Position numbers and translations under genes: made by a program
Part shown: positions 38,801-47,704 of the stretch, piece after piece
Position numbering within the stretch: the stretch's first letter is position 1
Layout: each line of letters opens with the position of its first letter
The notes under the pieces: model-generated
Told to the model about the DNA's origin: nothing
Databases searched by the model: none
What the model saw: the letters and a program-made list of their open reading frames with translations, nothing else
Assembly (NCBI GenBank): GCA_037443205.1
Contig: JBBIOU010000002.1
Coordinates: 118,849 to 182,848, forward strand
Source of the DNA: Flavobacteriales bacterium
GTDB lineage: Bacteria > Bacteroidota > Bacteroidia > Flavobacteriales_D > UBA2798
DNA length: 64,000 nucleotides
Direction: 5' to 3'

Positions 38801-41047
38801 CAATTGAGTGTTTTCGTATGTTTTCTGTATTTCTTCTTTTTGTTTGATTACTTCGCGTGTGCGTTCGGCAACTTTCTCTTCAAGATTTTCTACCAGATTT
38901 GCGTTTTCGAGGGCAATGGCAGTGTATGCGCCCAAGGTTTTTAAAATGTCTACATGATAGGGTGTATATGCAAATTTTTTAAAGCTTTGAACGGTAATAA
39001 CTCCTAATATCCTTTCACCCATCATCATAGGGAAAAAGATAAGTGAGTGGGGCATTTCGCCCGAAGGCACTACAATTTTTTTTGTGTATTGATGGTATTC
39101 ATTCAGGTTATCGTTTATAAATATTACTTGTTTATTCTTTACACACCAAACCGAATAGTTATCATCATCAGACATTGGAACGAAAATAGGCTCTTCATAT
39201 ATTTGGTCGTTTTCTATCTCAAATTTATATTCAATACAATCTTTGTCGGGGTGGTAAATTCTGACTCCAAAACATTCAGCCGGCATTAATTTATTTACAT
39301 TTTCGTAGAGTTTGTAAAAAATATCTTTCAACCGTAAGTTGGTAGTAAGCTGTTGCCCTATTTCGCTGAGTAATCTTGTGTTTTCAATATTTTTTTCTAT
39401 TTCTTCTTTTTGCTTTAAAATTACCGAGGTTCTTTCGTTAACCAGCGATTCCATTTTTTCGTAGAGGGTAGCATTTTCCAGTGCAATTGCAGCATAGTTT
39501 GCTAGGTTTTTCAGGTAGTTTAAATGGTAATCGCTATAAGCATTTACAGAAAAACTTTGGGCTGTAATTACGCCTATTTTTTTATCTTTTACTTTCAGCG
39601 GCAGGTAAATCAGTGCAGCAACTGTTTTGCCTACTATGGGTGGTTTATATTTTACTACATAATTGTAAATTTCGCTTTCAAAATTGTTTATCAATATTTC
39701 TTTATCTTGATTAAAGCATATACATGCCAGTCGGGTATTGTCTGTCAGGTCGTATCGGCTTCCTGATAAAACTTCATTGTTTTCAATATATCCCGGAAAA
39801 ACCAAGCTGTTATCTTGTTCGTTGTATATCCCTATACCAAAGCCCTCTGCGGCTATAATACCGGATAAACTGTCATAGACTATTCGATTAATTTTTTCAA
39901 CTGACAGGGATGAAATTATTTTACGTCCGATTTCGCTCAGTTTTAAAATATCGTTGTAATAGTTTTCTAATTCGCGGTTTTTGCGGGTTAGCAATTCTTT
40001 TTCTTTCTCCACTTGTGCCATGTGCATTTGCATTTCATGGCTTTTAATTTTTTGTTGTTGCTTTTGTCCGAAAAAAGCTTCTTTGTAATCGTAATATTTT
40101 TTATAATGGTATACAAATTTGTTTATCTCTTGTTGTTGTTCGTAATAAGCAGATAAGGATAAATGTGTTTTATATGCTATATCATTGGCACTGATTTCTT
40201 CGGACAGCACAAGTGCTTTTTCAAGATTATCTTTTGCTTTATTAAGATGTTTGTGATGTAAATATAGTTCTCCCAGGTGTAATAATGATTCTGCTTCTCC
40301 GGCTTTAAAATTCATTTCTCTGCGCAACTCGAGCGATTGCAGATAATGTTGTTGTGATTTTTCAAATTCATTTAATGCTTTGTATGCTGTTCCTAAACCG
40401 TCAAGGGCATAAGACACCACTTGTTTTATACCTAGTTTTGAGGCTATTTCCAAACTTTGGTTGTTATATTCAACTGTTTTATGGTAATTGCCTATGTTAG
40501 AATTGGCTGTGCCCAGACCATCTAAGATTCTAACCATTAAATTTTCGTCATGGATTTGTTCGGCCAGGTGCAGCGCTTCGTTTAAAGTAGCAATAGATTT
40601 TTCGTTTTCGCCCATCGTGTATTGTATGGTTCCTATTGCATTTAATGCGGCTGCTTTTTTAGAAGGATTATTTATTTCATTGGCTAAGTTATAATTTTCG
40701 TATGCATATTTTAGCGCCTTGTCATAATCAGATAAAAAATAGAACACACAAAATATATTATAAAGCACATCTGCTTCTTTTTCTTTATCGTTAAGTTCCT
40801 GTAATAATATTTGTGCATCTAAAGAAAATTTTAAAGATTGATCATAATTACCCGGCCAAATATTACAGGCTCCTTTATTTGCCAGAGCATAAGCTATGCC
40901 TTTTTTATAATTTAATTGTTGGCTTTGTGTTAATGCCTCTTCTGCAAGTTTAATGCCTTCGGCAGGCTTGGTCCTGTTTATGTTCCATGCTTCAGCATTT
41001 AGCTTATCTATTTGTGCAATTATATTAATTTGAGCATCGGCTTGCAT
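35807..41047 (-). CDS. Giant cytoplasmic signalling protein: N-terminal TPR repeats, six tandem GAF-like modules with coiled-coil linkers, C-terminal PP2C/SpoIIE phosphatase
   Basis: The protein is 1746 aa. Six modules of about 190 aa each start with ..ERT.E(V)IKQKEEIEKTYENT.LLS.IG.. and end with ..IGVI(T)VQSF.KNAY..YHL.IL..L..Y.AIALENA.LY..LE. The C-terminus reads YAKRIQQAILP..SGDFYWIE..FAVVDCTGHGVPGAFMS..LFSDGYADQFGG. There is no signal peptide or TM segment. Confidence 0.9.
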   Translation of the reverse strand: MQADAQINIIAQIDKLNAEAWNINRTKPAEGIKLAEEALTQSQQLNYKKGIAYALANKGACNIWPGNYDQSLKFSLDAQILLQELNDKEKEADVLYNIFCVFYFLSDYDKALKYAYENYNLANEINNPSKKAAALNAIGTIQYTMGENEKSIATLNEALHLAEQIHDENLMVRILDGLGTANSNIGNYHKTVEYNNQSLEIASKLGIKQVVSYALDGLGTAYKALNEFEKSQQHYLQSLELRREMNFKAGEAESLLHLGELYLHHKHLNKAKDNLEKALVLSEEISANDIAYKTHLSLSAYYEQQQEINKFVYHYKKYYDYKEAFFGQKQQQKIKSHEMQMHMAQVEKEKELLTRKNRELENYYNDILKLSEIGRKIISSLSVEKINRIVYDSLSGIIAAEGFGIGIYNEQDNSLVFPGYIENNEVLSGSRYDLTDNTRLACICFNQDKEILINNFESEIYNYVVKYKPPIVGKTVAALIYLPLKVKDKKIGVITAQSFSVNAYSDYHLNYLKNLANYAAIALENATLYEKMESLVNERTSVILKQKEEIEKNIENTRLLSEIGQQLTTNLRLKDIFYKLYENVNKLMPAECFGVRIYHPDKDCIEYKFEIENDQIYEEPIFVPMSDDDNYSVWCVKNKQVIFINDNLNEYHQYTKKIVVPSGEMPHSLIFFPMMMGERILGVITVQSFKKFAYTPYHVDILKTLGAYTAIALENANLVENLEEKVAERTREVIKQKEEIQKTYENTQLLSQIGRELTSDLSIQKVIEKIYDKVNDLMDASIIGVGIINEEYNTLEIKGAMEKGEKLPDFSFSLDDNDKLAVWCVKNAREIHINDYQKEYKNYCHTDSDAIIGESPESILYIPLMAKNKVIGTISVQSFNKNAYNEYHLNILRNLALYASTAIENANLYKSVEQEVVNRTKEVIKQKEEIEKTYNNTRLLSEIGQEIISSHDLEDIFEKLQKNVNELMDATCFSIRIYNSEENTIEYKYTIEKGQRLPPITVSMNDIDNYSVWCVTHKKEIFINDHQNEYKKYTNKIVVVKGDLPESLIFCPMMVGEKIIGVISAQAFEKNAYTTYHLDILRTLASYTAIALENIAILKGLEHTIEERTIEVVKQKEEIQKTYENTKLLSKIGKEISALLSVEEIIQNAYSNVNNLMDATTFGIAIYRPDNNDLYYEGAIEKGVKLNPFNISLNDDKIATRCFLNKQEIIINNWEEEYIRYVQKNYTAQAGEMPESMIYLPLITKNKCIGVITVQSFRKNAYNEYHLNVIRNLSLYIASALENASLYEKMEERVAERTAEIEKAYQNTRLLSQIGKDITSCLTIESIVEKVYENVNNLMDATMFGIGIYDEDSRSILMPGFIENGVRMEDFSYNIDDERLAVICFKNQQELFINNYFEEYSKYLKGIKKAVSGKDSSSIIYLPVYSKEKIIGVITVQSYQPNAYTEYHLDILRNLSVSVGIALENAKLYLNLEEKVRERTAEVVKQKEIIEEKNKHITDSIIYAKRIQQAILPPEEVVTSHLKNAFVLYKPKDIVSGDFYWIERKDNKILFAVVDCTGHGVPGAFMSIIGFNGLNQIVNEYHITQPAEILNQLNKIISKTLKQRAEDSKIRDGMDISVCCIDLQKNTLEYAGANNPIFIIRNNEVLEINADKQPIGNFVGENEFKFTNKELQLYANDKLYLFSDGYADQFGGPKGKKLKYSNFRQLLLDNHEKPMHIQKQMLDFMFEEWKGDLEQIDDVCVIGVKI
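36600..40030 (-). repeat. Six in-frame tandem coding repeats of about 565 bp (the GAF modules)
   Basis: The ALEN-encoding string GC(G/A)TTTTC(G/C)AG(C/G/T)GC recurs on the plus strand near 36655, 37200, 37765, 38335, 38905 and 39475. Boundaries are approximate. Confidence 0.8.
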
Positions 41048-41076
41048 ATGGCAAAGGGCATAATATTACAAAAAAT

Positions 41077-41442
41077 ATGCTTAGGGGGCAAAAAGTAAAT
41101 TATTTTTGTGTTATGGATTTAGAAACCGAACAACGCTGGCAAAAAGTGCAATTGTATTTAAAAGAACTGACCGGAAGTACTCCTGATATTACGGCAGCCG
41201 TATTTTTAATTGGTGTTCAGGAACTTGGTAAAGGCTATAAAAAATTTACTAAAGATAAAAAACTGGATTTAATTCATATTGGCATTTGTACTGTACTTGA
41301 ACCTTATGGTTTTTATAAGTATATTGGAAAAGACAGTGATGGATGGCCACATTTTGAAAACATAAAAAAATTGCCGCCCTTAGAAGAACGGCAACAACAA
41401 TTACTGCTTAAACAAGCTATTGCAGATTATTTCGGTTATTGA
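41077..41442 (+). CDS. Hypothetical small cytoplasmic protein
   Basis: The protein is 121 aa, or 109 aa if the ATG at 41113 (MDLETEQRW..) is the start. It is divergent from the giant GAF gene, only 30 bp from that gene's start. Confidence 0.55.
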   Translation: MLRGQKVNYFCVMDLETEQRWQKVQLYLKELTGSTPDITAAVFLIGVQELGKGYKKFTKDKKLDLIHIGICTVLEPYGFYKYIGKDSDGWPHFENIKKLPPLEERQQQLLLKQAIADYFGY

Positions 41443-41789
41443 ATAGTTACTGTAGCTTCGTTTGTTTTTTCTTCTTCAACTTTTATAATACCGTTGCCTG
41501 CCAAATTATTTTTTTCAGCTTCAATATTTAATACTGCAAAACCTGCCTGACCTTTTTTGTATAAATCGTTAAAATTAAATATGGCTTTTCCGCTGGCATC
41601 AGTAGTAGTGGTATAGTTAATTCTTCCCGTTGGTATTCCTTGCGAATCAACCGAATATATTCTAACTTCAGCGCCCCCTACCGGTATATTATTAATATCT
41701 AATACTGTAATAGAAGCTATTGTATCTCGATTTTTCATACAAGAGATTAACAATGACACAACGACTAAAAAAGCAATGAGTTTTTTCAT
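41436..41789 (-). CDS. Small lipoprotein with a carboxypeptidase-regulatory-like beta-sandwich
   Basis: The likely start is MKKLIAFLVVVSLLISC (lipobox). The mature part reads ..ITVLDINNIPVGGAEVRIYS..TTTDASGKAIFNF. The gene overlaps the convergent 41077..41442 gene by 7 nt. Confidence 0.6.
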   Translation of the reverse strand: MKKLIAFLVVVSLLISCMKNRDTIASITVLDINNIPVGGAEVRIYSVDSQGIPTGRINYTTTTDASGKAIFNFNDLYKKGQAGFAVLNIEAEKNNLAGNGIIKVEEEKTNEATVTIQ

Positions 41790-41822
41790 AACGTAAAGAT
41801 TAATAGCTTTGTTAAACAAAAC

Positions 41823-42635
41823 ATGTACAGCAAATATAACACATTTTTTACAATTGTTAAACGAAAATGCATCTTTTGGGTTGCCTTAAGCCCTGTTTTT
41901 TATGCTTTTTTTATCCCTTCGCCCCATACTTATTTTGAATTAGTTAGCCCCTGGGGGAAAACTAATGCGTTGATATACAGAGAGTCATGTGATTTTTTAG
42001 ATAACTATGCTTCGGGTAAACCGGTAGATTCTCTTCAGGTAGTAAGGGTACTGCAAAATCACAGCATTATTTGTTCATTTAGCGATACTTTACTGATGAA
42101 TAAACTGATTGCATACAAAAACAATTTTAGGTGTCCGGGCAACAGAAAACATAAGAAAGGAACTATCGGCATTATGTTTGAACACCAAAACGACCGTATT
42201 ATTCCTTACTTATATATAATTACCGGAAAAACATATACGCCCGAAATTTTAGAAAAACTGCAATTCAAAAACCAACAAGAGTTTCTTAAACAATGCCTGA
42301 TTTATTACCTGGAGACTATCCATAAAACAAACGAAATATACCGTTTAAATCGCTTCCCAAAAGCTTTCGACACGCTCTATCCTGTATATAAAACACAAAC
42401 CGATAGTATATGGAATCATTGCGCCAATAATAATTTGTTGAATTTTAAATATAATCAAACCCAAATTCATGATTATGTTACTGTGGGAGGCTTGCCGCAA
42501 CTTGATGGAAGCAGATTTTGGCTCATCGGAGAAATATACCCGGATTATGAAATAATTGAAAGGATTGCTACTACCAAAACAGATATGTATTTTCGTGGCG
42601 ATAAGAATGCTAAAATAGCTTTAAAAATTTTATAA
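41823..42635 (+). CDS. Hypothetical protein
   Basis: This is a 270-aa ORF with no family I recognise. The start codon is uncertain. Confidence 0.5.
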   Translation: MYSKYNTFFTIVKRKCIFWVALSPVFYAFFIPSPHTYFELVSPWGKTNALIYRESCDFLDNYASGKPVDSLQVVRVLQNHSIICSFSDTLLMNKLIAYKNNFRCPGNRKHKKGTIGIMFEHQNDRIIPYLYIITGKTYTPEILEKLQFKNQQEFLKQCLIYYLETIHKTNEIYRLNRFPKAFDTLYPVYKTQTDSIWNHCANNNLLNFKYNQTQIHDYVTVGGLPQLDGSRFWLIGEIYPDYEIIERIATTKTDMYFRGDKNAKIALKIL

Positions 42636-42643
42636 ATATTTAC

Positions 42644-43672
42644 ATGAAAGAATTGCTGGAAAAATTACTATCCGAAATACCTTCGCTCCGGGCAAATAAT
42701 GCTGATGAAGCCGAACAATTGCGTATAAAATATCTTGGAAAAAAAGGAGCTATTACGCAATTATTTGAAGATTTCAGAAATATTTCTGCGGATGAAAAAA
42801 AATTATGGGGAAAACCCTTAAATGAACTTAAAACCCTGGCACAGCAAAAAATAGAAGAACTAAAAAACTCTTTTAATAATACTACTTCGTTCTCAAAGCA
42901 GGGAAATATAGATTTAAGCAGGCCTTCGGATGTTTTATTAAATGGCGCTATGCATCCGCTTACTTTGGTAGAAAATAAAATAAACGAAATTTTTATGCGG
43001 ATTGGTTTTAGCGTTGCCGATGGCCCGGAAATTGAAGATGACTGGCATAATTTTACAGCGCTCAATTTTCCGGAAAATCACCCTGCACGCGATATGCAGG
43101 ATACTTTTTTTATAAAACAATCAAGCCCATCGCTTTCACTACGAACACACACCTCATCCGTACAAGTAAGGGTTATGGAAACCGAAGAACCTCCCATACG
43201 CATGATAATGCCCGGGCGCGTATATCGCAATGAAGCCGTATCGGCCAGAGCGCATTGTTTTTTTCATCAGGTAGAGGGCTTGTATATTGATAAAGACGTT
43301 ACGTTTGCCGATTTAAAACAAACCTTGCAATATTTTGCCCTCGAAATGTTTGGCAACAAAACTAAAATACGCTTACGCCCATCATACTTTCCGTTTACCG
43401 AAATCAGTGCCGAAGCTGATGTTTCCTGTATGTTTTGCAAAGGCAAAGGTTGTCATATTTGCAAACATAGCGGATGGGTAGAAATATTAGGCTGTGGCAT
43501 GGTTGATCCTGCCGTTTTAGAAAACTGCAACATCAACAACAACGAATACTCGGGCTACGCATTTGGAATGGGTATAGAACGCATTGCCATGCTGTTGTAT
43601 GAAATAAACGACTTAAGGTTGTTTTCGGAAAACGATATGCGTTTCTTAAAACAATTTGCTTCAGAAACATAA
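42644..43672 (+). CDS. pheS: Phenylalanine--tRNA ligase alpha subunit
   Basis: The class II synthetase motifs are FPENHPARDMQDTFF, PGRVYRNE and GFAFGMGIERIAML. Confidence 0.96.
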   Translation: MKELLEKLLSEIPSLRANNADEAEQLRIKYLGKKGAITQLFEDFRNISADEKKLWGKPLNELKTLAQQKIEELKNSFNNTTSFSKQGNIDLSRPSDVLLNGAMHPLTLVENKINEIFMRIGFSVADGPEIEDDWHNFTALNFPENHPARDMQDTFFIKQSSPSLSLRTHTSSVQVRVMETEEPPIRMIMPGRVYRNEAVSARAHCFFHQVEGLYIDKDVTFADLKQTLQYFALEMFGNKTKIRLRPSYFPFTEISAEADVSCMFCKGKGCHICKHSGWVEILGCGMVDPAVLENCNINNNEYSGYAFGMGIERIAMLLYEINDLRLFSENDMRFLKQFASET

Positions 43673-43677
43673 TTCAA

Positions 43678-44772
43678 ATGCTTGTAAACGAAATAATAAA
43701 CTATTTAAACTCGGTTATTCCGCCCAGGCTGCAGGAAAATTATGATAATTCCGGATTGATTTGCGGAAATCCAATGCAAGATACCCCGGCACTACTAATC
43801 AGTTTAGACTGCACTGAGGAAATTGTTGAAGAAGCCCTAAACTTAGGATGCAAGCTGATCGTATGTCATCACCCCATACTTTTTAAACCCATTAAGTCAA
43901 TTACCGGTAAAAACTATATAGAAAAAACCATAATAAAGGCTATAAAAAATGACATTTGTATATTTTCAGCACATACCAACCTGGATAATATATCCATGGG
44001 AGTAAATTATAAAATAGGTCAAAAAATAGGCTTAAATAACCTTAAAATATTATCGCCCAAAGAGGATTTACTAAATAAAATAGTTGTTTTTTGTCCGCAC
44101 AATGCAGCCGATAAAGTAAGGGAAGCTATGTTTCGTGCCGGTGCAGGTAATATTGGTAATTACAGTGATTGCAGCTTTAATTTGCAAGGCGAAGGTACCT
44201 TTAAAGCCAATAACGAGGCAAACCCATATGTGGGCGAAAAAAACATAACACACAAAGAACCTGAAATACGGATAGAAGTTATTTGTGCTTCTTACAACAC
44301 GAATTACATAATTCAACAAATGTTAAAAGTGCACCCATACGAAGAAGTTGCCTACGATATATACCCCTTGTTAAATAACTGGAACACTGCTGGTTCGGGA
44401 ATGATAGGAAGTTTTAACGAACCCATGCCCGAACAGGCATTTTTAGCGCTCTTAAAAAAACAATTTCATATACCCTTGATTAAACATACCGCACGGACAA
44501 ATAAACCTATAAAAACTGTGGCATTTTGCGGTGGAGCAGGTAGTTTTTTACTAAAAAATGCCATCGATGCAGGGGCTGATGCTTATGTATCGGCCGACTT
44601 TAAATACCACGAGTTTTTTGATGCCGAAGGAAAAATATTAATAGTTGATATAGGCCACTACGAGAGTGAACAATTTACCCCCGAAATTTTAGCAGATATT
44701 ATTAAGAAAAAATTTCCTACCTTTGCCGTCCATTTAACAAAAATAAATACCAACCCGGTACAATATTTCTAA
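43678..44772 (+). CDS. Nif3-like dinuclear metal centre protein (YbgI family, with inserted domain)
   Basis: The motifs LIVCHHPILFKP, SAHTNLD and VSADFKYHEF are present. The length is 364 aa. Confidence 0.88.
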   Translation: MLVNEIINYLNSVIPPRLQENYDNSGLICGNPMQDTPALLISLDCTEEIVEEALNLGCKLIVCHHPILFKPIKSITGKNYIEKTIIKAIKNDICIFSAHTNLDNISMGVNYKIGQKIGLNNLKILSPKEDLLNKIVVFCPHNAADKVREAMFRAGAGNIGNYSDCSFNLQGEGTFKANNEANPYVGEKNITHKEPEIRIEVICASYNTNYIIQQMLKVHPYEEVAYDIYPLLNNWNTAGSGMIGSFNEPMPEQAFLALLKKQFHIPLIKHTARTNKPIKTVAFCGGAGSFLLKNAIDAGADAYVSADFKYHEFFDAEGKILIVDIGHYESEQFTPEILADIIKKKFPTFAVHLTKINTNPVQYF

Positions 44773-44777
44773 AAATT

Positions 44778-45542
44778 ATGGCTAAAACAGCAGTAGAACC
44801 CAAAACAGAGGCTTCGGTAGAAGAAAAATTGAAAGCCCTTTATAATTTGCAGTTAATAGATTCGCAAATTGACAAAATACGCAGCGTTAGAGGTGAGCTG
44901 CCTCTCGAAGTACAAGATTTAGAAGATGAAATAGAAGGTCTGCAAACCCGTTTAGACAGGCTGGCAGAAGAGTTAAAATCTGCCGAAAAGGAAATTACCG
45001 ACCGTAAACAATCTATCAAAGATGCTCAGGCGCTGATTCGTAAATATGAAGAGCAACAAAATAAAGTTCGAAACAACCGTGAGTACGAATCTATTTCTAA
45101 AGAGATAGAATTTCAAAATCTCGAAATACAGATTTCAGAAAAAAAGATAAAAGAGTTAAAAGCTTCTATCTCTAATAAACAGGAAATATTAGAAACCTCT
45201 AAGGTACAAATAGAAGAACGCAAAAAAGATTTAGAGGCAAAAAAGAAAGAATTAAAGGAAATCCTGGATGAAACACTCATTGAAGAAGAAGAATTAAATC
45301 AAAAATCGCAAAAAGCACAAAAACTTATTGACGAGCGTTTATTAGCAGCTTATCAAAGGCTTCGTGGTAATGCTCGCAATGGTCTTGCGGTGGTTGCCGT
45401 TGAAAGAGATGCTTGTGGCGGTTGTTTTAACCATGTTCCTCCGCAAAGACAGTTAGACATCCGTACGCATAAGAAAATTATCGTGTGCGAACATTGCGGC
45501 AGAATTTTGGTTGACAAATCCATAATTACAGAAGAAAAATAG
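44778..45542 (+). CDS. Coiled-coil protein with C-terminal C4 zinc ribbon (DUF164-like); usual Nif3 neighbour
   Basis: A long coiled coil is followed by CGGCFNHVPPQ...VCEHCGRIL. Confidence 0.85.
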   Translation: MAKTAVEPKTEASVEEKLKALYNLQLIDSQIDKIRSVRGELPLEVQDLEDEIEGLQTRLDRLAEELKSAEKEITDRKQSIKDAQALIRKYEEQQNKVRNNREYESISKEIEFQNLEIQISEKKIKELKASISNKQEILETSKVQIEERKKDLEAKKKELKEILDETLIEEEELNQKSQKAQKLIDERLLAAYQRLRGNARNGLAVVAVERDACGGCFNHVPPQRQLDIRTHKKIIVCEHCGRILVDKSIITEEK

Positions 45543-45557
45543 TTTTTGTTTTTTCAT

Positions 45558-45590
45558 AAAGCCCTTCCATAAAACGGAAGGGCTTTTTTG
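45558..45590 (+). terminator. Rho-independent terminator
   Basis: AAAGCCCTTCC-ataaaac-GGAAGGGCTTT is followed by TTTTTT. It ends about 5 nt before the next ATG at 45595. Confidence 0.8.
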
Positions 45591-45594
45591 TATT

Positions 45595-46104
45595 ATGACT
45601 AACGAGAAAATTACATATAAAAAGGCTGTTTTATCTGATGTTCCGTTAATTCATCAACTGGCAGTAGAAATCTGGCATGAATATTATCCAAATATCATCA
45701 GCCGCCAACAAATTGATTATATGTTAGATTTAATGTATTCTGAATCTACACTTAAAAAACAAATGGAAGCAGGATACGATTTTTACATTGTTTATGCCCA
45801 TCATATGCCTGCAGGATATATGGGCACGCATCAAGAACAAAATCAATGTTGGTATATTGATAAGTTTTACTTAAAAAAAGAGATTAGAGGCAATCAAATA
45901 GGCAAAACATTTTTTAAGCATGTAGAAAATATCCTTATAAATAAGGGCATAAGTGTACTCCGTTTATACGTTAACCGGGAGAATTATAAATCTATAAATT
46001 TTTATTTTAAATGCGGGTTTACTATTGAATGTACCATAGATAAACCCATTGGCAATGGTTTTTATATGAACGATTTTATAATGATTAAAAAATATACTAC
46101 CTGA
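45595..46104 (+). CDS. GNAT family N-acetyltransferase
   Basis: The protein is 169 aa. The acetyl-CoA-binding segment reads IRGNQIGKTFF. The overall pattern matches the GNAT fold. Confidence 0.8.
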   Translation: MTNEKITYKKAVLSDVPLIHQLAVEIWHEYYPNIISRQQIDYMLDLMYSESTLKKQMEAGYDFYIVYAHHMPAGYMGTHQEQNQCWYIDKFYLKKEIRGNQIGKTFFKHVENILINKGISVLRLYVNRENYKSINFYFKCGFTIECTIDKPIGNGFYMNDFIMIKKYTT

Positions 46105-47704
46105 AAATGGTTACTGTTCCATTAAATGGGCCTTGCCTGCCGCTGGGCTCGGTTACTACGTAATAGTAAACCCCGTCAGCCAGTTTGTTGCCTGTTTTAT
46201 AGTGAGTGCCTTTCCATTCGTTTTGATAGTTTTCTTTTACATATACTAAATTACCCCAGCGATTGTATATTTCTACTTTGGTTCCCGGCCATTGTTCCAC
46301 ATTAATAATTACAAAGGCATCGTTACTTCCGTCATTGTTAGGACTGAAAACGTTAGGTATAAGCATATCACATAAAACAATTATTTCGATGGGTGCTGAG
46401 GTAGTAGAATTATTACAAGTGTCGGTAACTGTAACGGTATAAGTAGTTGTTTCGGATGGCGATACTGTAACCGTATCATTATTTCCTGCCGAATTACTCC
46501 ATACGTAAGAATACGGACCATAACCTCCGGTGGCAGTAACGGTTAATGCTGCACTTTCACCGTTTGCCGTGCATATTTCTGCTCCCGGGCCAACGGTAAG
46601 TGTTATAGGCTCTACATTATCAATGTATATGGTAGCTTGTACGGTGTCATTTCCGCAACCGTTATTATAAATAATATAAAAAGTTATAGTTTCCTGCCCT
46701 TCATTAATTCCATCGGTAAAGGCATTAACCAGCAAAGTTGTGCTGTTTTGTCCTGAAGGTATCATAATGCTATCAGGCACCGGAGAGTAATCGTTTCCGG
46801 GTGTAGCGCTTCCTCCCACATCAAAATTAATCCAAAAATTTCCGGTTGTATCCGGACGGGTAAAAGTAAATACAGCTGCTCCGCATCCTTCGGCAATGGT
46901 GCTGCCACCCGTTACCGAAGCTGCAGTAATGGTAACACCGGTAGAACTCAAACTGCCGGCCTTAATAAACACACCGGCATCTACTACCCCGTCTAATGCA
47001 TCTGCAATCATCATTTTCAGGTGGTATGTTTCGCCACAAATAACATGGTGTTTAGCTGTTAATACGGTTGTAAATCCATCGTATTGTACGGTTTGTCCGG
47101 GCGGGTTTTCGTTATCTACATAATACTGAGAATTTACATTTGCATTAACATTTAATGCTGTTACCGGAGTAGAAGTATTAGGTATTAATGCAATATTTAC
47201 GGGAGCCAAAGGGGTAGTTACACCGGATAAAACAAATGCAAACACATCTGCAAATCCACCCGTAATCCACTCCATGTATTCTTCGGTGCCGAATACATAC
47301 TCAAATTTTACGGTGTCGCCAACAGGGATAAAATCAAATTCCAAAATAGCACGATTGAAGGTATTAGCTCCGGCAATAGAAGTAAGATATGGGTCTCCCG
47401 GTTGGCCATTATCTACACCTGATCCGGTAGAATTATTAGGGCCATGAGGGCCGTTTCCGTTATTTAAAACGGTTCCTGTAGTCATTACAATGCCCTGGTT
47501 CATTCCTAAATTGGTAGGGCCGGTTATGCTAAAAGTTCCTAATGCATTAGGATCTCCGGTATATACAACATTACTGATGGTTACTCCGGTTCCTACTAAT
47601 GTTTGTGCCACTTGTAGTGGTGGTAAAACGTTGGTAGTCATTTGCCCCAATAATGCTTTAGAATAAATTATTATAAGTACGCTTATTAAATAACTTTTTT
47701 TCAT
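46097..47704 (-). CDS. T9SS type-B cargo with N-terminal choice-of-anchor-L-like domain
   Basis: A signal peptide is present. The N-terminal segment reads LPPLQVAQTLVGTGVTISNVVYTGDPNALGTFS..GIVMTTG..GPN. The C-terminus reads IPNVFSPNNDGSNDAFVI..EIYNRWGNLVY..WKGT..ADGVYYYVV. Confidence 0.82.
   Translation of the reverse strand: MKKSYLISVLIIIYSKALLGQMTTNVLPPLQVAQTLVGTGVTISNVVYTGDPNALGTFSITGPTNLGMNQGIVMTTGTVLNNGNGPHGPNNSTGSGVDNGQPGDPYLTSIAGANTFNRAILEFDFIPVGDTVKFEYVFGTEEYMEWITGGFADVFAFVLSGVTTPLAPVNIALIPNTSTPVTALNVNANVNSQYYVDNENPPGQTVQYDGFTTVLTAKHHVICGETYHLKMMIADALDGVVDAGVFIKAGSLSSTGVTITAASVTGGSTIAEGCGAAVFTFTRPDTTGNFWINFDVGGSATPGNDYSPVPDSIMIPSGQNSTTLLVNAFTDGINEGQETITFYIIYNNGCGNDTVQATIYIDNVEPITLTVGPGAEICTANGESAALTVTATGGYGPYSYVWSNSAGNNDTVTVSPSETTTYTVTVTDTCNNSTTSAPIEIIVLCDMLIPNVFSPNNDGSNDAFVIINVEQWPGTKVEIYNRWGNLVYVKENYQNEWKGTHYKTGNKLADGVYYYVVTEPSGRQGPFNGTVTIFR

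Noticed and set aside
36600-40030. Regular periodicity of about 565 bp that could be mistaken for a repeat array or CRISPR-like structure
   Set aside because: The repeats are in frame, have diverged at the nucleotide level, and encode protein domain modules. There are no short identical repeats with unique spacers.
42640-43065. 141-aa minus-strand ORF overlapping the 5' part of pheS
   Set aside because: It is fully antisense to a strongly supported pheS reading frame. Its composition is S/F/C-rich and low-complexity, typical of a shadow ORF.
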